From: Macrostomum lignano
Lineage: Eukaryota
Assembly: GCA_002269645.1 (NCBI GenBank)
Contig: NIVC01002152.1
Span: 1 to 64,000 of the forward strand
DNA length: 64,000 bases
Reading direction: 5' to 3'
Positions 1-12,991 of this stretch are shown piece by piece. The notes under the pieces are model-generated. The model had not been told where the DNA came from. It searched no databases and saw only the letters and a list, made by a program, of their open reading frames with translations. Every line of letters begins with the position of its first letter. Position 1 is the stretch's first letter. A program made the position numbers and the translations under genes.

Positions 1-1925
1 AGGCCCTTCGCAGTCAGCGTAGCAGGATTTCTCACTTTGGGTGGCTTTTATTCTGAGTTAGGCTGACAAAACCAATACTTAATAATTCATTTCGGGACCC
101 ACCTATGTGATGTTGTCAGGTACATGCAGTTTGCAAAATCTGTTTTTTGTGTTATCCGGATGCCAAGATTTCATGTTAGCTGCCGCCCCCCCTAAAGAAA
201 TCTTACCTGTGGCGTTAAATTATTAATTACCTAGGATGCTTCCTGGAATTTCTAGTTTCTAGAATTGTTTTAGGCTAACCTGGAATGCCACATAGCAGCA
301 TGGTCCTGCCCAAGAGATTTAAGTATATCCAAGATTGCAGAGAACCTACTTATTCATAATTCATCAACTATCCAATGGAATGGCTGCACCTGTATCGAAA
401 TCCTAAGAATCCAATAATTAAGTTCATGTCATGACACTAAACTTCTGCTTTGACTGTGATTTACTCATATTTATATCGTTAAAAAATTGCTTTACAGTTC
501 GGCTCGGTTATTTTAAATGTTTTCATTACAGTAAGCTCTATATTGAACTATATGCATATAATCTACCAGTTTGTGTTTATCTGGCACTCAGCCGGGCTGA
601 GTCTGATCTACTAGCGCGTTTAATTAAATAATTGCCTGCTTTATATCAAATGCCGTGCAATCTCAATGATCAATTGTTGGTCGGCTTGCTCTAGTTCAAT
701 TTTAATTATTGATTGATTTTTCAAGTTAAGATTGAAATTACTTCACTGTAAATAACAAAAGCAATCGTATCTTTGTCTGCTGCAAGGCCTAATTAAGTAG
801 AAGGATGGGGAACTACGTTTATAGTGAAAACCTCTGTAAGGTATTTTTACAATAGAACCTGCCTCCTGAGTTTCCAAGAAATGAAGTTTTCCCGTCCTAC
901 TTAAATAGTCCTTGGTTTTGGTCTGGTTTTGTTTTTTTTAGAAATCTCGAAGCCCCGGTCCCAATTCCTAAGAACGCTGGGAATCTCTAATTTCTAGCAG
1001 TGAGTCAGCATTGAACTAGAGATATGAGACGGATATATATGCATTTGATTTCCAGTTCTTTCTGGCCCAACACTAAGCCCGGGTCGCAAGGTCAAGAGCA
1101 ACACTTTATTATCAGTGGGCCATCGTGGGTGGAAGGGAACGGGTCAAAGCCACAAAGTGTTTATGTTTGCCTATTCTAGCTGGGGCAGTTTACATTGGAT
1201 GCCTGATTGCGCAACAGTTAAGAGAAATTCAACGGAAGGTCACGAGGTCTGGGGCTTATCTTCCCAACTGCTTAGATCTCTACAGATTTCATTCAGAGGC
1301 CTATAGTTTCCCACGGTAGCTTTTCTCTTTCTCTGTCTCTCTGACTTCCAAGTGTCTTCATTCACTAAACCGGTTCTTGTTTGCTTTCCATAATTTGCTC
1401 TTCTATAATCCGCGCCTGACTTAATTGCGTCATAGCGCTTTAGAGGTTTATTATATAATATTTGCAACAGTCTCAGGCAACTGCGCCAAAGATAGGGTCC
1501 CGATAAAGGGTGCAAGTTTCCCATCGCCTCCGGTGTTTGTTTAACTTGCTTGATGAATAAATGCATACAAGTTATTTTATAGGCGGCCATGAAAGGTTGC
1601 AGCGCAAATGTAACCAGATGCTATTTCCAATCGGCTACAACTGCAATTTGTTCTCGAGTCCAATATTTGGGTCTTTTTTATTCTTGCCTGCTATTTGCCA
1701 AGACTGTTAGTTTACTCCCCATCCCAGTTTCAGGATATTTGCTGGCTTCAACTTTATGACTTAGCATATCAGATTGCCAGTAGCATTCATTCTTATTTGC
1801 TGCGCTTAACTATATAAATTAACCGATGATGCAGTTGATTTTATTACATAAAAATATTATATTCTTTTCTTTCTACTGTACAGTAGTCTAACTCGAATGT
1901 ATATTCGTATTTGTTTTATTCCCAG

Positions 1926-4891
1926 CCTAACCGAAGAGGCCCGCAGCCAGCTGCACGGCTGGGGCTCCGTTGTGTCTATCGAGGCCAGCCCGACCACCGG
2001 CAAGCAGATCGCCATCGGCTTCAGCTCCGGCACAGTGGCCGTGCTGAATAGCTCCGATTGCAGCCTGCACAGTGTGGCTCCCGGCGCCGCCGAGCTGCGC
2101 TGCCTGAGCTGGCAAACCGACGCCAGCGCCATCTACACCGGCCACTCGGACGGTAGCTACGCCGTTTGGCGGGCCGACGAGCCGGCCGAGGCTAGTCGCC
2201 TATTGAAAACTGCCGACAATCCGCAGACTGTCTATGGCCCGTTCCCCTGCCTGCCAGTCACGCACCTGGTGCACCGCACCGCTAAACTAGGCAGCATCAC
2301 CGTGCTAGCCGGCGGCATGGCTAAGAACACTCACGCCGATCGGCACACCGTCACTCTGCTTCGCGAGCAGGAGCACGTCTGCTTGGACCTGTGCTCGCCA
2401 GTTGTCGACTTGGCGCTGCTGTGCTCGCCAGGCGATGGCAATACTGGCCAGGCTGGCTATGACGAGCCACACACTTTGCTAGTGCTGTGCGAGTCCCAGC
2501 TGGTGGCCTTGGACCTGTACGGTGCCCACTGGCCGGAGTTCCGGCTGCCTTATCTTTCGGCAGTTAGTGCCACTGGTGCCCCAATCACGGCCGCTCGAAT
2601 CTACGGCGCCGAGACTGCCGGCACAGAGCAGATCCGGGCCGCTTTATTGGCCGCCGCTTCTAATAGCAGCAGCTCCGGCTATTCAACTCGCGCTTGGCCA
2701 ATCAACGGCGGCAAAACGCTGGTGCGCCCAGCCGCCGAGGAGTCGGAGAAGCCACCAGCCACTGAGCCGGCTGCCGCTAATCAGGAGGCCACCACGTCTG
2801 CTGGCGGAGACAGCGAAGCGAAGCAGGCCATCTGGGACCTGCTGGTCACCGGGCACGGCGACGGCTCCGTAGCCTTCTGGCAGATTGGCCAAACCGGCTC
2901 CGGCACCTCGGCCGCTCTGCTGTACACTCTCAACACTGCCGACGTGTTCTCCGACGCCCCGGCTGCCGAAGCTGCCGAGCCGACCGTAGCCGGTGGATTT
3001 CCGCCATTCCGCGCTGTTGGACAACGCTGGCGACGCTCGGAGATGGTAGACGATCGGTTCGCTGTGACTGTCATAGACCTGGCCAGCGATTGCCTGCTTG
3101 TTGGCGGCGCCGCTGGTCAGGCTACGCTGTGGCGCCTTGCCGCTGCCGGTGCCGCCGCCGCCCCGGTGGAAGTTGACGTGCGCACCGTGAACGCGGACAT
3201 TGTGTCGCCGGGCAAGGACAGCCCCTACGCCTGGGAGGGTCAGGCGCCTTTGCGCGTCCGCGAGGAGCCCTGGCAACCGCCTGCCGGCCGTCTGTTCGAG
3301 CCGGCCAGCATTATTTCGGCCTTCCCGCCTGACCGAATCTGCTCGCTAACGCTGGACGTTGGCCGCGGCCTGGCCGCTGTTGGCACCGGCTTCGGATTGG
3401 CGCTTATCGACACCGGCGCTAATCGCTGCTTGACAACCCACTGCACTCTGGCCGTCGCCAGCCAGACTGGCGCCGCCGCCGCTCCGCCGGCCACCCCGGC
3501 CAAGGGCAGCGGCTCGGCTGCCGCCGCTCCATCGCACAGCAGCGCCGGCTCCTCCATCACTAAGAGCCTGCGCCAGAGTTTCCGCCGGCTAAAGAAACTA
3601 CGCGGCGGCAAGCGTCAGGAGTACACCGTCACCACGAGGAGGCCGCTGAGGCCGCCGCCGCCGCCGGGCCGTCAACTTCCGCCGAGACGCAGCCGGAGGC
3701 GGCTTCCGAAGAGCCAGCAGCCGGTACCCCTGCGGAAAAAAAGAAAGAGAAAAAAGAGAAGGAAAAGAAAGAGAAAGAGAAGAAGGACAAGAAAGATAAG
3801 AAAGAGAAAAAAGAAGAGAAAGCCGAGGAAAAGAAAGAGGAAAAGCCGGAGGAGAAGAAAGAGGAGAAGGCCGAAGAGGCTAAGACTGAGTCCAAGACGG
3901 CCGAAGCAGAGCCCACGGAATCGGCTACTCCAGCAGCCGAGTCAGCGCCCGAAGCCGCCGCTGCGGTCCCAGAGAAGCTGAAGCAGCAGCCGCTAACCAC
4001 AGAGTTGGCCTCCGAGAGTCCTGGCCGCATCCGCTGCCTGCTGATTGCCGATGCCCACCTGGTAGCCGCCGGTGTCAGCACTCCGGCTCTGTTTGCCGGC
4101 GATCGCTCCGGTCGGGTGTACGCCTTCCAGGTGAGCGTGACAGACACTGCCGCCGCCACTGGCGAGGCCGCTGCTGCCGCCCCATCCAAGCAGGCCAACC
4201 TAGTTAAGGAGCTGCACCTGCGCCACGGCGCTCCTGTGGTTGCTATGCACGTCACCGGGGAGCAGCAGCAGCTTCTAGTAACCTCCGAACAGCAGGTGAA
4301 ACTGTTCTCCCTGCCCAGCCTTCGGCCAAGGTGCAAAGCTAGAATCCTGCCGGCCGAAGCTCCGGCCAAGCTGCGTGCCTGCGGCCTGGCCCAGTTCCGA
4401 CCCGCTCCGGGCAGCAGCCAGCAGCCGCTGACCGGCCTGGCAGTTGAGGACAGCCTCGGCCGCCTCATGGTGCTGGGCCTGCCCCAGCTGAAGATCCTCG
4501 CCCAGCTTGATCGCAACGACGCCGCTTTTGGAAGCCTCGCCTATCAGCCCGCCGGCGCCGTCAATCCTCTGGCCGTGGCCGTGGCCGGCCGGTCCCGCGT
4601 CCGTCTGGTCCACCTGTCCCCGGCCGCTGACGGTCGCTACGTGGCTCCGACCGGCCTGGACCTGCCCGATTGGGCCCGCCCGGTCAAGGCGGCGCCCGCT
4701 CAGCAGGCCAGCCCGGCCGCAGCCGCTGTTGCCGCCTCCGCTAGTCCGGCTGAATCCGCCGAGGCCGACACACCGGCCGCCGTCGGCGCCGAGCAGCAGC
4801 AGGAGCCCGAGGCCGAGGCCGCCGATCGAAGCCATCACCAGGTGGCCGCCGACATCACCATGGACGACATTAAGGAGTACGCAGCCGCCGC
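1926..4891 (+). CDS. lgl: Lethal(2) giant larvae (LLGL) WD40 polarity protein, large internal exon; 5' exons not identified; frame break at ~3590-3640
   Basis: Acceptor ttttattcccag|c (1925/1926), donor gc|gtaagt (4891/4892). Lgl-type motifs YGPFPC, GGM..HADRHTVTLL, WPEFRLPYL, WPINGG, LLVTGHGDGSVAFW, PPFRAVG, aPKC-site motif KSLRQSFRRL, and C-terminal ADITMDDIKEY. The first part is in the frame of ORF 1897-3981; the second is in the frame of ORF 4005-4895, which is open from 3564. Confidence 0.9.
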
Positions 4892-5372
4892 GTAAGTGTT
4901 AAGGCTAACTACTCGTGTGTGCGTTTTTTGTTAATCGCCCTATAATCTTTAAAGAATCGACTCAAGAATAGCTAACTAATAATCCTGTCGAAAATCGCCT
5001 ATTAATCCCCTAAATTATCGCCTTCTGATCCTCTCAAGAAGCGCATATTAATCTCCTAAAAGTGGCTATTAATCCTCAACTAGATAGGCTACTCAGCACA
5101 TTTTCGTGCAAGCTACTTCAGTTCAGTAGTAGTAGTTAAATTGAAGCATTTTAATGTATTTTTATAAAGACAAACCTCATTTATTGGCTCTTACCCCCCA
5201 AATCTACCCCAGAGTGGCCCAATAGCCCATTCTACAATTGCACATTAATCCTGTAAGAGTCGCTTATTTACGAGTATTCACCGAAAAGATCCGGCAGCGT
5301 GTAGATCCGCTTATTCACTAATATGCGCTTAAATATCAAGGTGCTAACCCAACTCGCCCTGCTCCGTTGCAG

Positions 5373-5632
5373 TCCCCTGCCACCAACCGAGACAATCCCG
5401 GAGACCACAGACGAGAAATCCGAGCCAGCCGCTGTTACTGTTGAAGCCGCCGCGGAGGAGGCACAGCAGGAGCAGGAGGAGAAGCCAGCCCCAGCTGCCG
5501 TCGAGGTGGTTGTCGAGCCGGCCGCCAAAGAGGACGCCAAGATTGAGGAGGCCCCTGCGGTGTCCCCTGCCGAGATCAAAGCGGCCATTGTCAACGATGG
5601 GCAGGAGGCTCCGGACGCCTCTGCCGCCGCTG
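5373..5632 (+). CDS. lgl: Lgl penultimate exon (acidic Ala/Glu/Pro-rich tail)
   Basis: ccgttgcag|t acceptor; phase 2 matches the 4891 donor; donor g|gtgagt at 5632/5633; GC-rich codon style. Confidence 0.75.
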
Positions 5633-5703
5633 GTGAGTTAAAATCCGGTTCAAATCTTGATGAAGCAAAAGTAAATCAGCACAGATCCTTTCATAACTAA
5701 ATA

Positions 5704-5998
5704 GGCTGTGCCTTGGAGGCTGTGCCTTGGAGGCTGTGCCTTGGAGGCTGTGCCTTGGAGGCTGTGCCTTGGAGGCTGTGCCTTGGAGGCTGTGCCTTGG
5801 AGGCTGTGCCTTGGAGGCTGTGCCTTGGAGGCTGTGCCTTGGAGGCTGTGCCTTGGAGGCTGTGCCTTGGAGGCTGTGCCTTGGAGGCTGTGCCTTGGAG
5901 GCTGTGCCTTGGAGGCTGTGCCTTGGAGGCTGTGCCTTGGAGGCTGTGCCTTGGAGGCTGTGCCTTGGAGGCTGTGCCTTGGAGGCTGTGCCTTGGAG
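5704..5998. repeat. 14-bp minisatellite (ggctgtgccttgga) x~21 in Lgl last intron
   Basis: Perfect tandem copies visible. Confidence 0.97.
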
Positions 5999-6127
5999 GT
6001 CTAAATCGCAGGACAACCCCCTTGGCCATTTTTCGTGCACACAAACCAAAAAAGAACAAATAAAATGCTCCTCATTTTGTTTCTACTAAGAGTAGTTTAT
6101 TCAATTGTGGTATTAATCTGTTTCCAG

Positions 6128-6153
6128 GCGACACCGTGGCTGCCGAACAGTGA
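6128..6153 (+). CDS. lgl: Lgl last coding exon (GDTVAAEQ-stop)
   Basis: tttccag|gc acceptor, phase 1 compatible; TGA at 6151-6153; ATTAAA about 100 nt downstream. Confidence 0.65.
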
Positions 6154-7692
6154 TCGGGGGAGGCTGGCTAGGATTGCAATGTGAAATTCGGACTGTTCGT
6201 GTTAGCCCGTTGCGGATCAGCTTGAACTTTTATTCGTCACTATATAAAGTTTATATTAAACACAACAATTTTATTGTGCGCGAGTGTGACCATTAACTTA
6301 TTATGGTTGAGAATGGGCCAGTTATATCATCGTTGTTTTCTTATCGACCAAGCGGTAATATAAGAGACTAAAAGTCTATTGCTGTTGCTATTTATCCAAG
6401 CCGTAATGTTTTTATCTGACCGCGTGTGTACATGTTCAGCCTTTTCCCGCGTCCATTTCTGTTTTTAAAACTAAAATTCCGTTTTATAATTACATAATAA
6501 TAGTTGCAATTCTCTCTCCTTAGCAGGGGCCCAGCAATTGCTTGCGTTTTATTTAGTCAATTTTTATTTTAGAAGGCTTGATCTCAACCAAATTCTTTTT
6601 TTTTAAATAAACTAATAATATAAATTTCAATATAAATTAGAATTTCTATAATGTAACAATCTCGCTTTGCAGCAAATTCGGCCTGCCATAGCCTATTAAT
6701 ACTACTGACACTGATGATCTCCCAGTAGACAGTCGCGTCTATTTTTGTCCATTCTCTACCCCTCGCATTGTGCTTGCCGCCCGAATTCATTAAAAACGTA
6801 ATTATAATTATCACCAATACGACCCTCGGTTTTATCCAAATATACTTTGCGCTGGCTTAACCTAATTGCACTAAACTGTTATTTTTCAATTATATGTCTC
6901 GCACACTACTACTATAGCTTATTATAAGTAGCATTGTCTCACCATTTACTTGGCTTTAAATATTCGCTGTAACTATAATAATCATAGCCATCTCGACCCG
7001 TCTGAGAGTAAAACAGTTTGGTGTGTCTGAGCTTATTAATATATTTTATGCTATAATTATCGCTTTTCCAACTATTTCGGGCTATGGAATTTTTATCTAT
7101 AATCTCTGCACCGCGAGCATTGCGGCAACCGGTCAGTACAATCAGCAATGCATAACCCCCCTTCCTTTTTACTGTTTTTATTACGTAAGTTATTATTTAT
7201 TATTATTTCGCTTCTATGAAAACAACCGGTTCATTTTCCGCGCGACTTTTGTGCAGCATATGGAACGCAATTTTTCTACCTATACAGGTATAAACCAGTA
7301 AGGGACAAGTGCTTCAAACTGCTATTCTTGTTGTTTATTATTAACATTTAATATTGTATTGATATTTAATAATTATTTATTGCATCCTCCATAGTATTTT
7401 TATTATTTTCCTAAATCTACACAACTATAACCGGTATTTGTTAAGCTTTTCCCGCATTCTGTTTTTTAATTGATAATTAGCTAAGCTTAATTAAAATTAT
7501 CTGTCGATTCGCTTTGCAATTTTTGCTGTCCACGTTATCAATAATAATAATTAATAATAATCATAATACCAATTCTATAAATATTTTGTGACAGTGTTGG
7601 AAAACAAAGCGCGTTAGCAACTCCATTAAACATGCTTGTGCCTGTTTTTGCCTACGTTTTTTCAGTTGAAATAGCAAATTTACACCCCGTGA

Positions 7693-9090
7693 CCCCAGTT
7701 CACATACATGTAGTGAATCAGGCCCAATGACCCCTGTTTACATACATGTAGTGAATCAGGCCCAATGACCCCAGTTCACTTACATGTAGTGAATCAGGCC
7801 CAATGACCCCTGTTCACATATATGTAGTGAATCAGGCCCAATGACTCCAGTTCACTTACATGTAGTGAATCATAGCCCAATGACTCCAGTTCACATACAT
7901 GTAGTGAACCATAGCCCAATGACTCCAGTTCACATACATGTAGTGAACCATAGCCCAATGACCCCTGTTAACATACATGTAGTGAATCAGGCCCAATGAC
8001 TCCAGTTCACTTACATGTAGTGAATCATAGCCCAATGACTCCAGTTCACATACATGTAGTGAACCATAGCCCAATGACCCCTGTTCACATACATGTAGTG
8101 AACCATAGCCCAATGACCCCTGTTAACATACATGTAGTGAATCAGGCCTAATGACTCCAGTTCACTTACATGTAGTGAACCATAGCCCAATGACCATTGT
8201 TCACATACATGTAGTGAACCATAGCCCAATGACCCCTGTTAACATACATGTAGTGAACCATAGCCCAATGACCCCTGTTAACATACATGTAGTGAATCAG
8301 GCCTAATGACTCCAGTTCACTTACATGTAGTGAACCATAGCCCAATGACTCCAGTTCACATACATGTAGTGAACCATAGCCCAATGACCCCTGTTAACAT
8401 ACATGTAGTGAACCATAGCCCAATGACCCCTGTTAACATACATGTAGTGAATCAGGCCCAATGACTCCAGTTCACTTACATGTAGTGAATCATAGCCCAA
8501 TGACTCCAGTTCACATACGTGTAGTGAACCATAGCCCAATGACTCCAGTTCACATACATGTAGTGAACCATAGCCCAATGACCCCTGTTAACATACATGT
8601 AGTGAATCAGGCCTAATGACTCCAGTTCACTTACGTGTAGTGAATCATAGCCCAATGACTCCAGTTCACATACATGTAGTGAACAATTAGCCCAATGACC
8701 CCTGTTCACATACATGTAGTGAACAATTAGCCTAATGACCCCTGTTCACATACATGTAGTGAATCAGGCCCAATGACTCCAGTTCACATACATGTAGTGA
8801 ACAATTAGCCCAATGACCCCTGTTCACATACATGTAGTGAATCAGGCCCAATGACCCCTGTTCACATACATGTAGTGAATCAGGCCCAATGACTCCAGTT
8901 CACATACATGTAGTGAACAATTAGCCCAATGACCCCTGTTCACATACATGTAGTGAATCAGGCCCAATGACCCCTGTTCACATACATGTAGTGAATCAGG
9001 CTCAATGACTCCAATTCACTTACGTGTAGTGAATCATAGCCCAATGACTCCAGTTCAATTACATAGTGAACCATAGCCTAGTGACCCCAG
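7693..9090. repeat. 38/39-bp satellite (catacatgtagtgaaccatagcccaatgactccagttca) with 155-bp higher-order unit
   Basis: About 36 monomers; the cacttac variant recurs at 7856, 8011, 8166, 8321, 8476 and 8631. Confidence 0.95.
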
Positions 9091-9596
9091 TTCACGTGAT
9101 AAGCCGCAGCTCTGTGACAACTACATGTGTACATGTATTAGATTAATTTGGGTCGCATAGATGGTCAACTCCGCACCAACTTCCAAACAGTAATAAACTT
9201 TGCAGTTGATATTCCTGCCAGCTCTGGGATTGCATGGCTGGCATGACAGGTTGATAACTGTGTAGTGTTTACAGGACTTCAAAATGTTGACATGTTTCGG
9301 CTTAAACTCGATTGATAAGGGGTCTGTTGGCTGATTGATATTTTTGCTGACTGAGATGATTTATTAGCTCGTACTGGTAGTTGGAACTACAGAGCTTCAT
9401 ATCGTATCAGATTTCGAATGATTGTTGAAGTCCTACGGTCCTGAGCGAGTGTAATAAATTTCCGGGTATACGAGCATATATTGAGAGAATTGCTACCAAA
9501 GCCCCATGGCGACCACCCGGAAATAATAAACGGCCTGGAGGGCTCGAGAACCCGGAGTCCCTGGTTCGATTTTGTGCGCGACCACATTCATATGGG

Positions 9597-11163
9597 CAGG
9601 GGCGTCGCCATGGATTTTACCGTAGGGGGGGGGGGACAAAGTCAAGAATTCTACATAACATGAATAAATTATTATATGTACAATATATTTCGTGACCGGT
9701 GTCATCACTCATTTTGTCGCTGCAGACACTCATTTTAGCGCTGCAGACACTCATTTTGTCGCTGCAGACACTCATTTTGGCGCTGCAGACACTCATTTTG
9801 GCGCTGCAGACACTCATTTTGTCGCTGCAGACACTCATTTTGGCGCTGCAGACACTCATTTTGTCGCTGCAGACACTCATTTTGTCGCTGCAGACACTCA
9901 TTTTGTCGCTGCAGACACTCATTTTGTCGCTGCAGACACTCATTTTGTCGCTGCAGACACTCATTTTGGCGCTGCAGACACTCATTTTGTCGCTGCAGAC
10001 ACTCATTTTGTCGCTGCAGACACTCATTTTGTCGCTGCAGACACTCATTTTAGCGCTGCAGACACTCATTTTGTCGCTGCAGACACTCATTTTAGCGCTG
10101 CAGACACTCATTTTGGCGCTGCAGACACTCATTTTAGCGCTGCAGACACTCATTTTGGCGCTGCAGACACTCATTTTGTCGCTGCAGACACTCATTTTGT
10201 CGCTGCAGACACTCATTTTGTCGCTGCAGACACTCATTTTGTCGCTGCAGACACTCATTTTGGCGCTGCAGACACTCATTTTGTCGCTGCAGACACTCAT
10301 TTTGTCGCTGCAGACACTCATTTTGTCGCTGCAGACACTCATTTTGTCGCTGCAGACACTCATTTTGTCGCTGCAGACACTCATTTTGTCGCTGCAGACA
10401 CTCATTTTGTCGCTGCAGACACTCATTTTGTCGCTGCAGACACTCATTTTGGCGCTGCAGACACTCATTTTGTCGCTGCAGACACTCATTTTGTCGCTGC
10501 AGACACTCATTTTGTCGCTGCAGACACTCATTTTGTCGCTGCAGACACTCATTTTGTCGCTGCAGACACTCATTTTGGCGCTGCAGACACTCATTTTGTC
10601 GCTGCAGACACTCATTTTGTCGCTGCAGACACTCATTTTGTCGCTGCAGACACTCATTTTGTCGCTGCAGACACTCATTTTGTCGCTGCAGACACTCATT
10701 TTGTCGCTGCAGACACTCATTTTGTCGCTGCAGACACTCATTTTGTCGCTGCAGACACTCATTTTGGCGCTGCAGACACTCATTTTGTCGCTGCAGACAC
10801 TCATTTTGTCGCTGCAGACACTCATTTTGGCGCTGCAGACACTCATTTTAGCGCTGCAGACACTCATTTTGTCGCTGCAGACACTCATTTTGGCGCTGCA
10901 GACACTCATTTTGGCGCTGCAGACACTCATTTTGTCGCTGCAGACACAATTTTGGCGCTGCAGACACAATTTTGGCGCTGCAGACACTCATTTTAGCGCT
11001 GCAGACACAATTTTGGCGCCTAAGGCATTTTGACATCCTGAAGCAAAATTTCTGATTTTCACAACGGGTCAGTCACAAGGTGGGGTGGGTCAAGCATGGC
11101 GTCCCCCATAGCTTTTACTGGGGGGGGGCATTCCCCCCTGTCCCCCCGGTGGCGACGCCCCTG
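9597..11163. mobile_element. hAT-type MITE carrying a 21-bp tandem array (x~63)
   Basis: 14-bp TIRs CAGGGGCGTCGCCA/TGGCGACGCCCCTG; 8-bp flanks catatggg/tatatggg (7/8); internal gcagacactcattttgtcgct array ~9703-11030; second family member at 60019-60771. Confidence 0.85.
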
Positions 11164-12388
11164 TATATGGGGCTTGGGAGCACGATAATTGGCCGGGTGG
11201 CTGTCGTGCGATTCACTGCAGCCATGAGGGCCAACCCCAAGGCGCAGAGAGTGTTCATGCCAGACGATTGGGAAAGTCAGTGCCGTTGTTGCACACCCTG
11301 TTTGAGCATAACATGAGCGCTTGCAGGTCCATCAAAGGACCACTGGTAGTAAAAGGATGTTGAAAAATTCAGAAAAAATGGATTTGAAGGCCCCGTTTCA
11401 TTTTTATAAAAACGATTTATTCATGTAAATTTAGCAATTTCAAAGAAAAGAGCAAACTATTGAAGTCGGGAAGCGATGTCAGTTGGCTCGTGATGTCGAG
11501 AGCGAGAAGAGAAGACGAAATTAGTAGCTGTATATCAAATGTATATGAGAGACCTCATGTAGGTGCATAAAAAACAAAGTTGAAAATAAGTGTGCAGGGC
11601 GAATCCAAGTAACAATGATCGCCAGTCAGCAAATAACGTATCCGTGTGTGTTGCTCAGAACGGAGGGCCACTTCCAGTCTCTCCATCTCCGTCTCTCTCT
11701 CCTGTCTCCTATTCCTCTCTCCCTCTATCGAACCCTTTCTTTCACTCTGCTTCTGAAGCCTGCAGTTCTGCCCGAATTCAGTTGTCCTTTACAAAAGTTG
11801 TTTACAGCGCAGAAAATTCCAGAATGTATTGCTACTCGGATCTCTATAAACATTGTAGTTTCAGTCTCTACCCTACCGTCTGCGATCCAGCTACTCACCA
11901 GTGTGTATGCATTATTTTTCTTTTCATTCTGTCTAGCTGTATCTGCTGGAAGAAAAAACGTGACTCGAGCCTCACGTGTGCGCTCGGGACCACTTGCTGA
12001 GTGGGAGGGGGGGGCTCTTATTGTCCAGATGCGATGCAGCAGGGGTTTACAGAGGCAATAAGATTTAGACAGCATTCTAGCACAATAGAATAGAGACTGG
12101 CCTATTGCATAGCCTGGCGGCTCTTATCGCTGCTGCACGTTTCTGATGGACCCCGTGCGAGACTCACCCGATTCGAGGGACCCGTGCCGATCCCCCCGCA
12201 GTGGCTGCATGGTTGCCGTGGTCTCACCCTACCTATCATTGTTTTCAGTGCTGCATAAATAAAGGCTAGCCATAGCTCTAAGCAGCGAGTCGACTTGACC
12301 TTCTCTCAGTCTGTTTTCGGTTCAAGCAAATAACTATAATTTTTGACAAAGAGAAGATTTTCACTGCTCCCTGCTTTATTGCAACGTC

Positions 12389-12409
12389 ATGAGGCTGGGC
12401 GGCATCGCT
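12389..12409 (+). CDS. Orphan secreted VWA-like/cationic-aromatic repeat protein, exon 1 (MRLGGIA)
   Basis: ATG at 12389 followed by GCT|gtgagt donor; phase 0 joins exon 2 and completes a signal peptide. Confidence 0.7.
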
Positions 12410-12768
12410 GTGAGTCAAAGGGGATCTCATGGGATCTGCCCCATACTTCATGCTCCCTTCATTTCCCATCAACCCGAACCACATGGCTACTTCTCTTTGA
12501 GTTCGAGAACAGAGGACGACACAGAGACACTTCTAGATGCGGTCTCTAGCTTTGAAATTGTAGCCAATTTGTACCCTAACACCTGCAGCCTGAGTCCAAT
12601 ACCTAACAGAAACGCCTGCTGACTGAATTCAGTATCATTTAGAGTGGCTTAGTCGGTGGCATTATCTGGGAGGAGATTGCTTAATTAACCTATATCATTT
12701 ATTATTGCATTGGGTATATAGTGGCGCGAGCCTTAGAAAAATTCAAAATTCAGATACATGGGACTGTC

Positions 12769-12925
12769 AACCTCAGAGATATGGGGGCGCCAGCCTCAGG
12801 GATATGGGGGCGCCAGCCTCAGAGATATGGGGAGCGCCAACCTCAGAGATATGGGGAGCGCCAACCTCAGAGATATGGGAGCGCCAACCTCAGAGATATG
12901 GGGAGCGCCAACCTCAGAGATATTG
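12769..12925. repeat. 22-23-bp minisatellite (cctcagagatatggggagcgccaa) in intron 1
   Basis: About 7 tandem copies. Confidence 0.9.
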
Positions 12926-12991
12926 GGAGCCAGCTAGGAATCGAACTCAAGGACTCAAAGCTCAAAGCTGTTGTCTCGGCCACTCCCTCAG

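Noticed and set aside
1115-1250. Possible upstream Lgl exon (WAIVGGRERVKATKCLCLPILAGAVYIG)
   Set aside because: Only vague WD-strand resemblance, weak donor, and codon style unlike the other Lgl exons
1857-5594. Numerous antisense ORFs over Lgl, the GPCR and the big exon
   Set aside because: Shadow ORFs of GC-rich coding sequence
9617-11033. Three 430-456 aa ORFs (SVCSDKM / AADTHFV / LQTLILS repeats)
   Set aside because: Translations of a stop-free 21-bp array inside a MITE; no splice or start context
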